Origin: Tricharina praecox
Lineage: Eukaryota
Length of the DNA stretch: 64,000 nucleotides
Assembly: GCF_024521635.1 (NCBI RefSeq)
Contig: NW_026250421.1
Location: forward strand, 558,001-622,000
Direction of reading: 5' to 3'
A program made the translations under genes and the position numbers. Position 1 is the stretch's first letter. Every line of letters starts with the position of its first letter. Below are positions 46,292 to 60,500 of the stretch, in pieces. The notes beneath the pieces are model-generated. The model was not told the origin of the DNA, did not search any database, and was given only the letters and a program-made list of their open reading frames with translations.

Positions 46292-48905
46292 TTAACGCAT
46301 GATTCCCTTGTTGGGACCGTGACCGAACGGCTGACTCTTGAGACTGTCGTGGTGCGGGAATCCGAACGGCGGTCCACCGTGGATGCCACCAAGCATGGCG
46401 TCAGGGTGATGGTGTGGTGGGAACGGCATCCCAGGAAAGCCGCCCTGTGGAGGACCGTTCATGTTGGAAGGGAGGGGAGGGGGGCCGCCGTTCATCCCAT
46501 TGATGCCGTTGATTCCGCCCATTCCGTTCATTCCGCCCATGAGAAAATGAGGAGGTGGGGGCATGTTGGGGGGGAGCGGACCGTTGAGGCCATTGAGGAG
46601 CTGGAAGGGAACTGGCGGTCCGTTGACACCTGGGGGCGCCATGAATGGAGGAGGCGGTCCTTGCTGATGACGAGCTCCAGCAAATCCAGGGGGTGGAGCA
46701 ACTTGTCTATGCGACTGCGGGGGAGGAGCCTGCGAGGCCTGTTGGGGGTTCCATCCAGGGGGAGGACCGTGATGGTCCATCATGTGGGGAGGACCTCTGT
46801 TGACGATTGGACTATCCTGGTTGGGGCGATGCCTGAACATCACAGCAGGATCGTCGATGTTTGGGGAGATGGGGTTGTGGTTTCCGCGGTTAAACTGGAG
46901 TATACTGGTATCGATTGGTGGAGGCGGAGGCATCTGAGATGGCCCACCATACTTGTTGTGCATCGGCCCGGATTGATGCTGCTGCTGCTGCTGCTGCTGT
47001 TGTTGCAGCTGCTGCGGCTGCTCGCCCCGCATCAAACGCATCAAGAAATCCGTGTTGGAGTCCCTACCTGGGCTAGGCATGGGATACTGTTGGTGACCGT
47101 GCTGCGCCTGGGGGGGCGGTGGATGGGGAGAGGACATGGAAGGAATTCCTGGAGAGATGCTTGATTGAGGTGGGCGCGAAAGGAGGCCAGCAGAAAGCGA
47201 GTCCGACGGCCCCGGGCCGTTGATGTTGGTGGTGCCCAACATCTTCAAGATACGCTGGAAACCCTCGCGGTCTTCTATATCTCCAGAATCACGGACGGGA
47301 GACTGAGTGTAGGGTGGGGTACGATTGACAGGCGTCGGGTGGTGTTCCTTGGGTTGGATGTGGGGAGGCGGAGAGTGAGATTCCTGAGGCCCAAAGAAAG
47401 ACGTAAACCGTGATTTTCCCACCGCTCTCGGTTCAGCACGTGGAGCAGATATGATATCGCCCTGTTCGGGGCTCTTGAGGATGCTATTGCCGCTCCAGAA
47501 TCCAAAGAATCGATCGACCCCATTCTCGGCGGCATGGGGTGGCTCAGGCTCGTGGCGTTCGTTGGCTACTGATTGGGTCAGCGAGATCCTTCGGCAAGTG
47601 GATGGTGAATGTGGTTACCCCTGTCCAGAAAGACACCTCCTTCGGCGTCATCTCGTGGGTTGCTCTCTTGTCTCTTGGGATTCTCAGCCTTCACCTGCTT
47701 CTCTTCGATTCGGGGTGTAGGAGTGGGTTCGGGAACATGCTCCGGCTCCTTAACAGGCTTTTCGATCAAATCCTCAGGCTTCTTGTGGGGCTCGGTAGAA
47801 CCTCCTGATGAGGCCTTCATTCTCTCCTTCCATTTCTGGAAGTCTTCCATAGAATGAGCAGCTTTACCATCCCCAGATTTGCCGTCGCTGTCCATCCACT
47901 CAGGGTCCTTCTCGACTCTGCTGCCAAAGCGGTGATGATCACGTGGATTATCTCTGTTGTTCCTCTCTCCGCGGTTGTCCTCAAGGAGCCAGCTTGATTC
48001 ATCCCGCTTGCCTCGGCCGCGGTGTTCACGGTCGCGTTCCTTGCCAAAGTTCTCGTACTTGGCAGGGCGTTCCCTATCCCACGGCGATCCCCCCTTCTTG
48101 TCTGCATCCCCACGCATGTCCTTGCGGAAACGCTCACGATCACCTCCTTCCTCAGCACCAAAGCTCTTACGTGGTTGACGAGAGACGTTCGTCCATCCGC
48201 CGCCCCCCTCGGAGTCCTCCCGGCGCTTCGAGAATCCTCCCCGGAGGTCACTAAAGTCACGACCTCCAGCCTCCTTATCCCGTTCCTCGCCACGGCCGAA
48301 CCCTCCGAAGCTCTTGAATCTCTCAAATCGGGGACTCTCTCCTCGCTCGTCGTCGAAAGTCGGGGTATTAATGCTGGCAGACCGTACGGACTCGTGATCG
48401 AATTTATTACCAGCTGAAGTACGGGCCGAGGAGGATGCGAAAGACATTTTGGGCGGGCCGAGAACCATGTCTTCCGGAACTAGAACGTGTTAGTATATTG
48501 GGATGGAAGGGCGAGATAGAGCTATGCAACGGGATGCATACTGGACGATCTCGACAACCGGGAATCACTGAAGATGGAGGGGCGACGGTTCGTCATAGCG
48601 CTTCATCGCAGTTAGCAATAGGACAAGGTTTAGAGTTAAAACAACGTACCCACGAGGGGAGTCATCATTGCCGTTGCTGTTACCAGCAATGTCGCCGTCC
48701 GTTCTGGCTCTCGATGCGGTTGGACGAGCAGTAACTGGTCTATCATTCCATATTAGCACGATAGCATCGTCATAGCTGAGGCGCGGGGTATTTACCCCAT
48801 CCATTCTTCCATTGGCGGCAGTGTGCTCGGCTTCTTCACGAGAGGAGACTTTGCCAGCGCGAGCAATTCCTCTGGCTCATACCGCCGCGGTTCTGGGGTA
48901 GCCAT
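46292..48905 (-). CDS. Low-complexity protein with an N-terminal YxxxxLL motif, probable eIF4E-binding (4E-T/Eap1-like) protein; 5 exons
   Basis: Spliced reading: MATPEPRRYEPEELLALAKSPLVKKP...EEWMG, EDMVLGPPKMSFAS, EKDPEWMD, HSMEDFQKWKERMK, KSRFTSFF, then a Pro/Gln/Gly-rich tail. All splice sites are canonical. Confidence 0.75.
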
Positions 48906-49634
48906 GGTACCTTAGAAGGTGAAGGCAACTAAGGATTGATAGGGGGGCGTGCTGAAGGGATGTGACGACGGACGAGCAACGGCGGAAACCGGAGGTGTCT
49001 GAGCGAGCAGGAGCAAATAGAGTTTCTTTTTCGATAGCAATAAGGCTGATTATCGATGAGCTAGAGCGGGATGATTAAGGTACAGGCAGTAGGAAGGGAT
49101 TTGGTTGTTGTTGTTGCTGGTGGTTGGTAGTTGTGATCGGTGGATCCTATGGGGGATTTTTGTGGGAGTTAAGGTGAGGTGGGCAGGTTGGTTGTGATTG
49201 TTGGGCTTTCTCAGTGTCGGTTCGTATGTTCTGTCTGCTCTCCGCCTTTACTGGCCATGCAGCCAACATAAGCTACTTGGAGGGCCGGGTAAAAAGGTCG
49301 TAAATTTTGGGGGGTACGTAAAAGCTGGGAACTGGGGAGCCGGAAGAGGTAGGGTGTAGGGTTGCATGATTACATGAGATGGATGAGATGCGATTAAGCT
49401 CCTTATCTAATCTAATAAAAGACAATCAAAGGGTTATCGCTCCTATCTTATCTCATCTCATTAGCCATCAGCAGGTGACTCAACTGAACGTGTTACACAG
49501 TCCCTATCGCACACCCAACCCCTCTCACCCCGCCATTCACACCCATCTCCACGCGCCTAAACACCGACGATCACACGAAGAACCCCCCGCTAAAGTACTC
49601 CCCTCCAGACAGATCGCAACAAACAAGTCCACGT

Positions 49635-52249
49635 ATGGCCTCCGCAGCTGCAGACAAACTGGCCACGATGTCCCTCAAGTCAGCGCAGACCGTGTCTCAC
49701 GGACCATGCAACAACACTGCTGAGTGGAAGACTCAGCTCGAGAGTGTGTCCGGGCTTCCGGAGTCTTATACTCTGACAAAGACTCTCGTCTTCAAGCCCA
49801 GTATGTAGTTATTAGAGGCTTCAGAGATTGTCGAATTGACAACTGACTGAAACCCTAGAGACCCCGAAGTCCCAGACCGCCGTTCTTGTCGTCGTGATCG
49901 CTCTCGAGGATTCGGATACCAACTCTGCATTGGTTGCAAAGGCCCTTGAAGTCAAGGAGCCTCGCTTTGCGCAGGCCGCTGCCGTACAGGAAGCATTGGG
50001 CTCCCTGCCCGCAGACGGTAGGTCTATTTGTTCATTCTGGTTCACTGCGGCGGAGCCATCTGCACTGACCTACGGTCGGCTGTGCGGCATTGCGCTCCAT
50101 GTTTTTGTTCTGTTGAATGAAAACTAACCGAATGGTAGTATCCCCTTACACAATCACCCAGGAGAATGCCGCGTCTGTTCAGGTCGCGTTTGACCAGCGC
50201 ATCCTTGATTCTTCCGCGAAGATTGGTGTCCACACCACCAAATCTGACGAGACTGCGTTTGTCTCGGGTACAGAGATCCGATCATACCTTGAGAGCACTG
50301 GTGTCAAGCTCACCGTTGTGGATTTCTCACTGGCGAGTGTGTACGTTACTCGCCCTTGAGGACATGGAAAATTGCATGCACGCTGTGAGCAATTTCTAAT
50401 GAATATCTATTTAGGCAAGCTGTCGCAAAGACTATTCCTAACAAGCCCGCCGTAAAGCAGGCTAAGGAGAAGACGATCGACGGTGCCGAACTTGTCGGTA
50501 TCACAATCCGAAAGGAAGACGATTTCTCTGCTTGGTATCAGCAAGTCCTCACCAAGGGAGACATGTTGGATTACTACGATATCTCTGGATGCTACATTCT
50601 CAAGGTACTGATTTATATTCCGAGTCGTGGAACTCTACGGCTAATAAGTGCGTGTTAGCCGTGGTCATACTCCATTTGGGAGAAGGTGCAGAAGTACTTC
50701 GACGAGCGAATCAAGGGAATGGGAGTGCAAAATTGCTACTTCCCCATGTTCGTATCGGCAAAGGTTCTCGAGCGAGAGAAGGACCACATCGAGGGCTTCG
50801 CCCCCGAAGTCGCCTGGGTGACCAAAGCGTAATATTCCGCTCTCACCATCTAGGAACAACAGGATATTGACATTTTCCAGAGGTTCAAAGGAGCTCGATG
50901 AGCATATTGCCATTCGTCCCACCTCCGAAACCGTCATGTATCCCTACTACTCCAAGTGGATCCGTTCGCACCGTGATCTCCCCCTCCGTCTCAACCAATG
51001 GAATTCGGTCGTCCGATGGGAATTCAAGCACCCCCAGCCTTTCCTCCGCACTCGCGAGTTCCTCTGGCAGGAGGGCCACACGGCGCACTTGCGTTTCGAG
51101 GAGGCCGACAAGGAAGTAATGCAAATCCTGGAGTGGTACGTGGGTATCTACAAGGACATCCTCGCTGTTCCTGTCATCAAGGGAAAGAAGACCGAGAACG
51201 AGAAGTTCGCGGGAGGTTACTACACTACCACTTGCGAAGGATACATTCCCTCTACCGGTCGTGGTATCCAGGGCGCCACCTCTCACTGTCTGGGTCAGAA
51301 CTTCTCCAAGATGTTCAACATCACCGTCGAGGATCCCGAGTGGAAAGAAGGCCAGCCAGATGAGGCGAAGAAGGTTTATGTGTGGCAGAACTCTTGGGGC
51401 CTGTCCACCCGTGTGATCGGTGTAATGGTCATGGTTCACGGAGACAACAAGGGCTTGGTCCTTCCTCCCAACGCCGCTCAGATTCAGGTTGCGATTGTTC
51501 CCTGCGGCATCACCGCCAAGACCACCAAGGAGCAGAGAAGCAGCCTGGAGAACTCAGTCTTGGATCTTGAGAAAACTCTTAAGGATGCTGGAATTCGTGT
51601 CCATGCCGACCTTAGGGATACCTACTCTCCTGGTTACAAGTTCAACGACTGGGAGCTGAAGGGAGTTCCATTGCGACTTGAGTTCGGCCCCAAGGACATC
51701 GAGAAGAAGCAGGTCGTCACTGTTCGCCGTGACACCGGTATCAAGCAGAGCATCTCGCTCGATAACGTTGCGGAGCAGATCTCGGCCATCCTTGACACCA
51801 TGCACAACGACATGTACAACAAAGCCAAGAAGTCCTACGACGACCACGTTAAGCTCGTCACCAAGTGGGAGGAGGTTGTTCCGGCTCTGGACGCAAAGAA
51901 TGTCATTCTCATGGCTCACTGTAAGTTCAAATTTTGTATGTGCGCATCAAGCTTCGCCGTGGCTAATAGACATAGGTGATGACAACGAGTGTGAGGACAA
52001 CGTCAAGGATGACAGTAAGGGACGTGTCGATGCCGATGCTCCTGAGGACTCGCGGGCCCCGTCCATGGGTGCCAAGAGTTTGTGCATTCCGTTCGAGCAG
52101 CCCGATGGCGAGCATAAGCTCGTGCCTGGTGTCACGAAGTGTGTGAAGTGCGGCGAGGATGCTAAGGTACATTCCGTTCCAGATTAACGTCGATCACTCA
52201 TTTCTGACATAAATGGCAGCACTACACCCTCTTCGGTCGGTCCTACTAG
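49635..52249 (+). CDS. proS: Cytosolic prolyl-tRNA synthetase with an N-terminal YbaK/ProX-like domain, multi-exon
   Basis: [54 protein letters not shown]-terminal [10 protein letters not shown]...FGRSY*. Confidence 0.96.
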
Positions 52250-53623
52250 ACGATGCTGAGTTGATGGGAGGTTTGGTCTGGTGTTTCTTGCAGCGTTCCG
52301 GGATTTGAATGGGATACGGTCTTTTCGTTTGGGCGTCTAGTCGTTTCTATTGATCAGCTCTTCGGTGTTATCTATTGGCGGGGCAGCATGCGAGCACATC
52401 TGGACTCATTGATATCGACTGTTGTTCGTTGGGAAATGTGGGGTAATGATTCAACATAATCAGACTCGGGGAATCGTGGGATGTGAGCGGGGTGTCTGCA
52501 TGACCAGTACCGATCCACTCCGACTCGAATGGCGCCTTACAGAATACCTGCAGTGGAGTCGGTGAGTATCGGTACCGGATAACGGGGTATCGCTGCATAC
52601 ACGAGTGATTTTATGTGATCGTCAACATCCCTCGGCTTTCCGATGATCCGGAATGACCCCTTGAAGCGATAAGCCGGAAAGAAGAATACCGAGGATGCTG
52701 GTTGAGTCTCCTTATGTGCTCCTCACGGGGGCTGGCCATCAGGCTGGTGCAGGGATATACCATTGACATCCATCATATTGAAGGTCTCATCGGTCTCATT
52801 GGTGGATGTTTCGATCCTGGTGAGGAAGAAATGGGCGGGGCGGTGAAGAACTTTAAGAAATTCCTTCTCGAAGAATTTCGAGGGAATAACGAGAACAGCC
52901 CACTTTTGCCAAATAACTGACCACTTTTACCCTCATAGACAACCGGGATTAGCTCAGCCAGCAGCCAGCAGCCCAGCCCTAGCTTGCATGCAGCACTCTA
53001 TGCTCTATGGAGGTACTCCACACATGTTCGATGTGATCAAAACCCAGGGCTCAAGTGCAAGCAGGCTGACATAGGACAACCCACTCTATTGGAACCGCCG
53101 CTACCGACGTTCATCTAGGCCGCTGCAATCCAACGGCCTTGCATTTGCATGTGAACTGGTATTTTCGTTTGGATTTTCGGCGAGGTCATCCGGGGCTGTG
53201 GTGTTTCAAGGGGGAGGGGTTTTTTCTGTCCGTTCCCTCTATGTAGAAGGGGCTCTCACTCAGGCGCTCCACATGTATGTAAGCTGCGCGGTTTTTTTCC
53301 CTTCCGCTCCTCCCTCGCGCCTCGCTCGGGCCGCTCGGATGATTGGGGAATACCGGGTGGGATATTCCCCACGCATGAATGTTCAAGGACCGCTAGTGAG
53401 GTATAGGTACCCCTCCTATTGAGCCCCGGCCGAGACCCGCAAACGCGTTAAGGCCTCAGCGAATGGTAGCGGGTACTGGTACCTATATATATATCCAGCT
53501 CTGCTCCACTCAGGAGCTCGGTGTAAAGCGTGGTGTGATCAGCTATTCGATGAGTCCTCCAGAAGAAGTTTATACCCCAAAAACCACTCTTAGCTATCAG
53601 GTCACTCGGCGAAGACGACGACG

Positions 53624-54929
53624 ATGCGCTCAAAACATCACTACCATCAGCGGCTCAGCGCCCACGAAATAAGGAAATGGCACTCTGAGGCGCGTCAGAA
53701 GCGGCTGCATGAGCGGTGGGTGCCGTATTCCCTCCGGTGGAAGGGAGGGATCTTTTTACGCGTGATGCCCCAGGTGTGTATACGAGCATTCCGTCGCCTT
53801 CTGGGAGTGCTTAACACTGACGGTTACGTGCGTCGCGTCGGGAAGATGATATTTGCTGGACTATTCTCCGCGGCGATTTGTTCTGTCCTCAGCTTTACGG
53901 GCCTCCACATCGCGTTGAGATCGCCGATTCTGTTCACGGCATTTGGGTTCGTCGTCGGCATTGCGATCTCGTTCCGCATGACGGCGAGCTACAATCGTTG
54001 GTGGGAGGGCAGGATGCAGTGGGATCATCTCTCGGCTGTGTCCAGGAGTATGGCGAGGACCGTCTGGTTGCATGTTCCACCGCCGAAGGCGAAGGAGTTG
54101 TCCGTGGCGGGTATGATGAACGAAGGACAAGGTGTTAGGGATAAGAGGGCGGTTATGAAGGTCATTCATGCGCTGGCGGTCGCGTTGAAACACCATCTGC
54201 GTGGTGAGAGGGAGTGGGATGATCCTGAGGTTTTGGGGTTCAAGGAGTTGCTGGATGGAATTGGAGAGGTGAGTGCATTCCGTAAGGCAGGCAAGCAGGC
54301 CGAGAGTCAGAGCTGATGGAAACATACAGTACCCGTACAACTCCATCAACCACCCGCTCACCCTGTCCCTCTACCTAAGCTCCTACGTCGAGCACGCCCG
54401 CACCACCACTGCGATCGATACCCAAGTCCTCACCCACCTCCTCACGCACGTCGACACCTTCACCTCGATCATTTCCGCGTGCGAGCGCCTCCTCCGCACT
54501 CCCATCCCGCTCGGCTATCAGATCGCCATCTGTCGGCTGGTCTGGTTCTTCATCCTCTGCGTCCCCAGCCAGCTGTGGCGCGAGCTCCGGTGGTGGACTG
54601 TTCTCGTCACCGTGGTGCTGGCTTACATGGTCTTCGCCCTGGCCGAAGTTGGATTGGAGATTGAGAATCCCTGGGGGGAGGGCCCGAATGACCTCGATCT
54701 CGATAGGTATTGCAATCTACTAGCCCTCGATCTAGATGAGATCACGAATACCATTCCGCCAAAGAGAGGGTGGGCCACGTTTGATATCGGCACCGGGAGC
54801 TCGAGTGCCTCGGTTACAGGCACTACTACGCCCACGCCTGCGCCGACACCAACGCCGACGCCGAGGAGCTGGGGGGTGTTGGTGGACGTGAGCGCCAGGC
54901 TTGAGGAAGATATGGGAGATGTTGTGTAG
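53624..54929 (+). CDS. Bestrophin-like (UPF0187) membrane channel protein
   Basis: ISFRMTASYNRWWEGRMQW, CERLLRTPIPLGY, EIENPWGEGPNDLDLD. Introns 53774-53845 and 54269-54329. Confidence 0.88.
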
Positions 54930-55599
54930 ACGGTGCGATACAGTGGATGGAGTGAGACATGGAGTAGAACACAGTGGGATGGGAGGATATACAGATGAGC
55001 ATGGACGGCTAAACTAGAGCTCGAGCTATGAAAACGCATCTAGAGATTAGAGTAGACATTTAGATACATATTCACAATACAAATAGACCGAGTACACTTG
55101 ATATAGGCTGTATCCTTCATGGTTGTGCCAGTCCGCACGAATAATGGACGTCTAGATAGCTTGCGCGGCTAACCGTCGTCTACGGTGGAATTCCCTGAAG
55201 ATTCGAGGACTGCCGAAGCTTCCCTTAGCCCACATAAATGATAGCCCGCATCTGCAGTTACAAGCATAAATCATCCAGCCAATCAATCATTCAAAGCTCA
55301 AGCGATCCAGCTAACGCGGTGAGGGGATGGGGACGACGCGCTCCAGCAGTTCAGAGATGGCAAGCGGTCAACTGCCTTGAACCCTGGATTGGATTACTTG
55401 CCATACCTCATAATTCATTGCTACCATCTTCCCCTCCCTCCTCATCACTTACCTTCCCTTGGTGGTAACATATACTTCACCTTATTCCTCTTAACTCAGC
55501 CCCAATCTCTTGCCCCTCCTCTTCACAGAACAGCCGCATCTCACAAGACCTCGTTTACCACAGACAACCTACGGTATCCATCACCCAGAAGTAGCAGAC

Positions 55600-57697
55600 A
55601 TGGAACGAGCCTCCCTTGCCGGCATGCCGCAAGAGCTCTTGTAAGCTTCCTTCCGATTCGTTATTCCGTCTGGCCCTAGTAGGGATATTCACTACTCCCC
55701 CGGGTGGGGTCAGTCGTGGTGGGGTAGCTTTGAGCTCATCAATGTCCAGCTTGATGAATCGTTCGGCGGTTCCACAAGGGGCGGGGCAGGCAGAATACCT
55801 CACCGGGCTGGAAATCCCATGCTTCGAAACTATCAAGCTCCTGACGGGCCAATTGACCCATACGCTCTTCATCGGAGATGTTGCTTCGGTTACCTATGCT
55901 GACGGAATGTCTACAGCGACGATGTGTGTTCGCACCTCTCGCAGCACACCCTGACTAAGCTCGCCCGGGCCAGCAAGACCATCAACCGCAAGGTTCAGAA
56001 CCCACTATACTACCATTGTGTTGTTCGAGACTTCAGACGGCTGGCACTGTTTGTGCGGACCATGAGCGACGCGGCGCAGTGTGACAGGCGCGGAGATGTG
56101 TTCAGCAAGAACCTCTACGACCTGCGTCTGATCTTAGATCCGAGCGTGGAGGAGGGAAACCGTGCGACTGCAGTGGTCTTGGGTAGGATGATATCCAGTG
56201 TTGCTAGGTGAGTTGGACCAGGTGACCGTACGGGCTCTCTGAATGGATTTCCTTGGGCTGAAGAGAGTTCTACTTACCTAGGTACTGTCCGAAAATCCGA
56301 ACTCACCTGGTCCTCAAAAATGCTACGTGCAATAGCCAGCCAATCTCTTCGTTCTCGATAGAAACTTTCCCCCGCGTCATCTCTTTGATCCTCCACACCA
56401 GTGAGGGTGTACGGGCTTCGGGGTCACAGCGACAGAGGACCCAGGCAGTTGTTTACAACAGCAGGGTGGCCCGGATGGGCCATCACAGGGACGGATCGAA
56501 TACTAGCTGCAGGCCGCGTGCAGAATTTTGGACGGGAATATTCAACGGCACGAGCTTTCCGCACCTGGAGGAGGTTGAAATAATCCATGAACGCAGTGGA
56601 TTTTTCTACAGTGATGTGGTTATTGAGGCCGGCGAATTGAAGGGTCTGCAGAACATCAGAAGGCTGGCCGTCAAGTGGGCGCCGGAACTCAATTCCTCGG
56701 TCCTCACGTCAGCGCTCCGGTGCGCTCCGAACCTGACACATTTGGAGCTGAAATTCATCAGTGGGCTGGAGTACTCCGGTGAATCCCATCACCTCTCTCC
56801 ACTGCAACTTCCCAGGCTGATGATGTGATTTCCATGCCAGATCTGACCAAGCTGATCCAGTTCGCGCTGCCCAATCTGAAGAATTTCACGCTGTGGGTAT
56901 GGCCGGATCACGATTCTGCGCGAAAGCATCGCGAGGACCTGCGTTACGTGGACCCTCTGCAACCTTCCAACCCCGCCGGGAAGCCCGTCCATCTCTGCCC
57001 GCTCTTCCGCGACTTCGGAAAGAACACGCCGCACTTCGACATCTTCCTGCCCTTCGTTTGCCGCGAGCTGTTCCTCACCGTCGCCGAACGCATCAAGATT
57101 GCAGACGCCGACATCAGCTTCACTGTGGGCACCCGCGACGGCGGCAAGTCCCCCGTCGACAAGCTGGACGCCGCCGCCATCGCCGCCGTCGTCAAGGAGC
57201 ACCGCAAACTCGTCGAACAGGCGCGGTTCCAGGCGGCTGTCAAGGAGAACATGGCGGCCGCTAGGAAGGAGGGGAAGGACAAGCTTGTCACGCTGGCAGA
57301 ATACGACGTCAACCAGACCAATCTCAAGCGCGAGCGCACGATCAAGAGCGAGAAGTGGAAGCGAACTGTCCGCTGCGGAAAGCGCCTCTGCAGGAGCTAC
57401 GAGAGCTGGGAGGAAATGGGGGTGCTCGCGGGGCTCGAGGAGAAGAATACCACCTGGGTTTTGGGACGTATGTTGTCCCTTCCTCCCACATTTTGGTCAT
57501 GCCGTTGCTGATGAACAAAAGATGAGAGACTAGACACGGCGGCAGTCTTCACTGGCGGCTCACCTTTCCCCACCGGCGAGAAGAGCTACGATCAGCAGTT
57601 CCCCATGCAGAACGACTCCGACTGCGCCGCTAGAATTACTGCGCTGCGCGTTGGCGGCCGTGATCATGGCATCGATTTCAACGAGCACGCGCACTGA
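55600..57697 (+). CDS. F-box-like/LRR hypothetical protein, 5 exons
   Basis: SLAGMPQELF-DDVCSHLSQHTLTKLARASK (F-box pattern) spans intron 55641-55916. LRR-like LRCAPNLTHLEL and ALPNLKNFTL. Exons join in frame. Confidence 0.7.
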
Positions 57698-58995
57698 TAC
57701 GGGATCTCGCGCCTTGTCGCGCCCGGGAGTACTGACGACTTTTATGACGTTATGACGCTTTTTGTGTACTGGCACGGAAGGTTTGGCTGGTTGGTTAGCT
57801 GGTTCTTTGGGCGGGTGGGGTTGGGCGGTGTTGATAGTGCGATTGTCTTTTTTTTTTCCTTCTCTTTGCTTTGCTCTACTCTACTTGGGCGGTTATGTTG
57901 GTACCGCGTGTGTGTACTTCTTTTTGATACTCTCAGTGTGGGGCTTCTACGGGCACGCACTTTGTTTGTTTGTCTTGTTTGTTTATTCATCGATCGATTG
58001 CATGGCTACGGCTGCGGCTAAGGGTACGGCTACGGACAATAAATACTGTCTGTTTCCAGATGAGTGCTATGATAGGTACTATGGTCCGAGTGATATCTGT
58101 GAGTGGAAATCATAGGTAGGAGTCAGGACCCGTTTGGCTGCGTAAAATACCGGTACTGGGGAGGACTTTACATGGCAGAAGCTATAGTAAGTAAGACTTT
58201 ATCGGGAGAGCAGTAGACAGTACCATATAGTTCCTGGTGAGCCGCAGTGCTTGTTTGTGGAATAGTGGTGATATGAGTTAGGAGGTATGTATCGTGGTCT
58301 GAATGAAGTCCATCTCGGCGCACGCCGCACGTCGACCACAGCAGTAGCAGCCACTCATCTTTCCCACTCTACACACACTGTCTCTCTACTATCTATAGTA
58401 CACTCGGCTTCACTAGGTATTTCAGCCTTAGCCACAGCCTCGGCAACTTGTTTCATCCACCCACTCGTCACCCACTCACACACACACACTCACTCACTCT
58501 CCCGCAAATACTGTTCATAGGTGGCTGGAATCGTAGTGTCTTTATCTGTCACTTCAGCGTCGTCTTCGTTTTACATATACACGTGTCTTGCATTGTTTCG
58601 CTTGCTACCTACAGCATATATACCAACCTATATCATCGCGGACTATGCGCAGAATACGTACGTACTGATCGGCATTGACTTTTAGGTGATGACGGTGACG
58701 CGGCTTTACTATAGCTACTAGGTAGACAATATGCCTACTCCGAAGTTGGAAGTCGTCCCGCTCCCTGTCGGCCCACTCCTCGTCGGCCCCGCCAAGCGCA
58801 ATCACGTCCTCAAACACGGTACGCGGTCCCAAGCTCCCAGACTCGCAGCTTTCCGAAAACGTTGACCACTTCGGTGCATAGGTCCTCTTTCAAGCACCCG
58901 ATTGAGAATTGATCCACGTGTTGCTCATCTCGCAACAATGTATTACGATCCCGCAACAATGTATTACGATCCCGCATCCCGCATCTACCATCTAC

Positions 58996-60035
58996 CTACC
59001 CGACCAAGACCTCAAACCATGCCCCCCTCCCCTCCCTCTTCCTCGCGGCTCTAACGGCGGCTTCAAACCTCTTCGCCGTCGCCTCCTCCGCACCGACAAT
59101 CACGACGGTTTCCACGCCCCTCCACGCCCCCGTCCACGCAGCCTCCTCATCCTCCTCCTCGAGGACACCCGCCACCGCCGCATCCATTTCCAGCCACTTC
59201 AGACACAGCAGCCTCTTGACAATTCCCCTCAGCAGCTTCTCGAGCACAGCCCTGTCCGCCCACCCGCTCAGCGACAGATGCGTCAGCCGCGGCGTAAGCT
59301 CCAGCAGCCGTAGCAGGCCCTTGCCATCGTCCGCCGCGGGACTAGCGAGGGAGAGGTGCGTGAGGGCAGGAAACCTGGTATTCGCCACAACAGGCGCCTC
59401 ATCCCAACTATCGCCCAGCACCCCGCCCTCCCCCACCTGTAGCGGCGGCGGCCGGAAAACCTGCAGCAGCCCCGTAGGCGCACAACACTGCAGCGACAAG
59501 TGGGTAACTCCCTCCTCGCCCTCGTCGACAGGGAACAGCGCGAGCAGTCCCGCGGGGGTGACGGGCGCGCGCACACCGTGCAGCGAGTGCAGGTACAGCA
59601 GCAGCAGGCTCTTCAGCCGCGCCGGCAGCAAAGGCAGGTACCACTTGTCCCACGTCGTGTGGAAGTCGTAGTCGCGCGCGATCGCGGTGAGGGCGAAGTG
59701 TGTCAGGCTGCCCGGGGCGGGGAGAGGCGGGTGCGGGAAGAGGGAGTGCGCGCTGCGGGTGGGGGAAGGGGTGGCGGTGGCGGATGGGGGGGTGAGCCAT
59801 GATGCTGGCGGAGGAGGGCCGGGGGTGCGTGGTAGACGCGGGGCGGTCGTGATGCGTGGGCGGGGAGGGGGTGGTGGGGGTGGAGGCGTGTCCAGGAGGT
59901 GTTGTAGCAGCGGCGGGATGCTGCGGGTTATCGCCGGGAGGGTGGCGGTCGGGTTGTCGTAGTGGTCATGGTTGTGGTGGTGGGACTGCGAGCTCCGGAG
60001 GTGGCTGAGGAGCGTGTTGACATTTGTTGTGGGGG

Positions 60036-60066
<31 letters not shown>

Positions 60067-60180
60067 ATGGCTGCTGCTGCTGCTTCCGCAGCCCACAGTG
60101 CTGGATGAGGCGAGGTGGAGCGAGGTGGGGGCGGGGGCGGGCTTGATGTGAGTCCACTTTTGGTGATATTTGCGGGGCAT
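58996..60180 (-). CDS. Hypothetical protein with a Pro-rich N-half and LRR-like C-half
   Basis: 394-aa intronless ORF. Poly-Asn, RTPGPPPPASWL, repeated LTHLSL motifs. Confidence 0.75.
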
Positions 60181-60436
60181 TCAGTGTGCCCGCGAGAGAG
60201 GTTGTTGGGAGGGAGGGGAGCGAGGGGGGGCTAGGATTGCCAGTGGGAATGATGGGCTGGGCTACAGATGGTAACGTTGAGGTGCTTTCTTACCTACTTA
60301 AGTTACTCGACACGCAAGGGAGGGAAGCTGTCATGATTCATCGTGACTCTTGAGCTCAAGGTCCTGATCGGGCTTAGCGGAATGTGCCTTCTTCGGCGTC
60401 CGGTTTTAATTGACTTTATTTTTATTTGCTATTCTA

Positions 60437-60500
60437 TGTTTTCCGTTTTCATTTTCCGTTTTCATTTTCCGTTTTCATTTTCCGTTTTCATTTTCCGTTT
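60437..60500. repeat. 13-bp minisatellite (ttttccgttttca) about x5
   Basis: Directly visible in the divergent intergenic region. Confidence 0.85.

Noticed and set aside
50333..50414. Apparent GC-AG intron in ProRS
   Set aside because: The canonical GTACGT donor at 50341 gives the correct phase.
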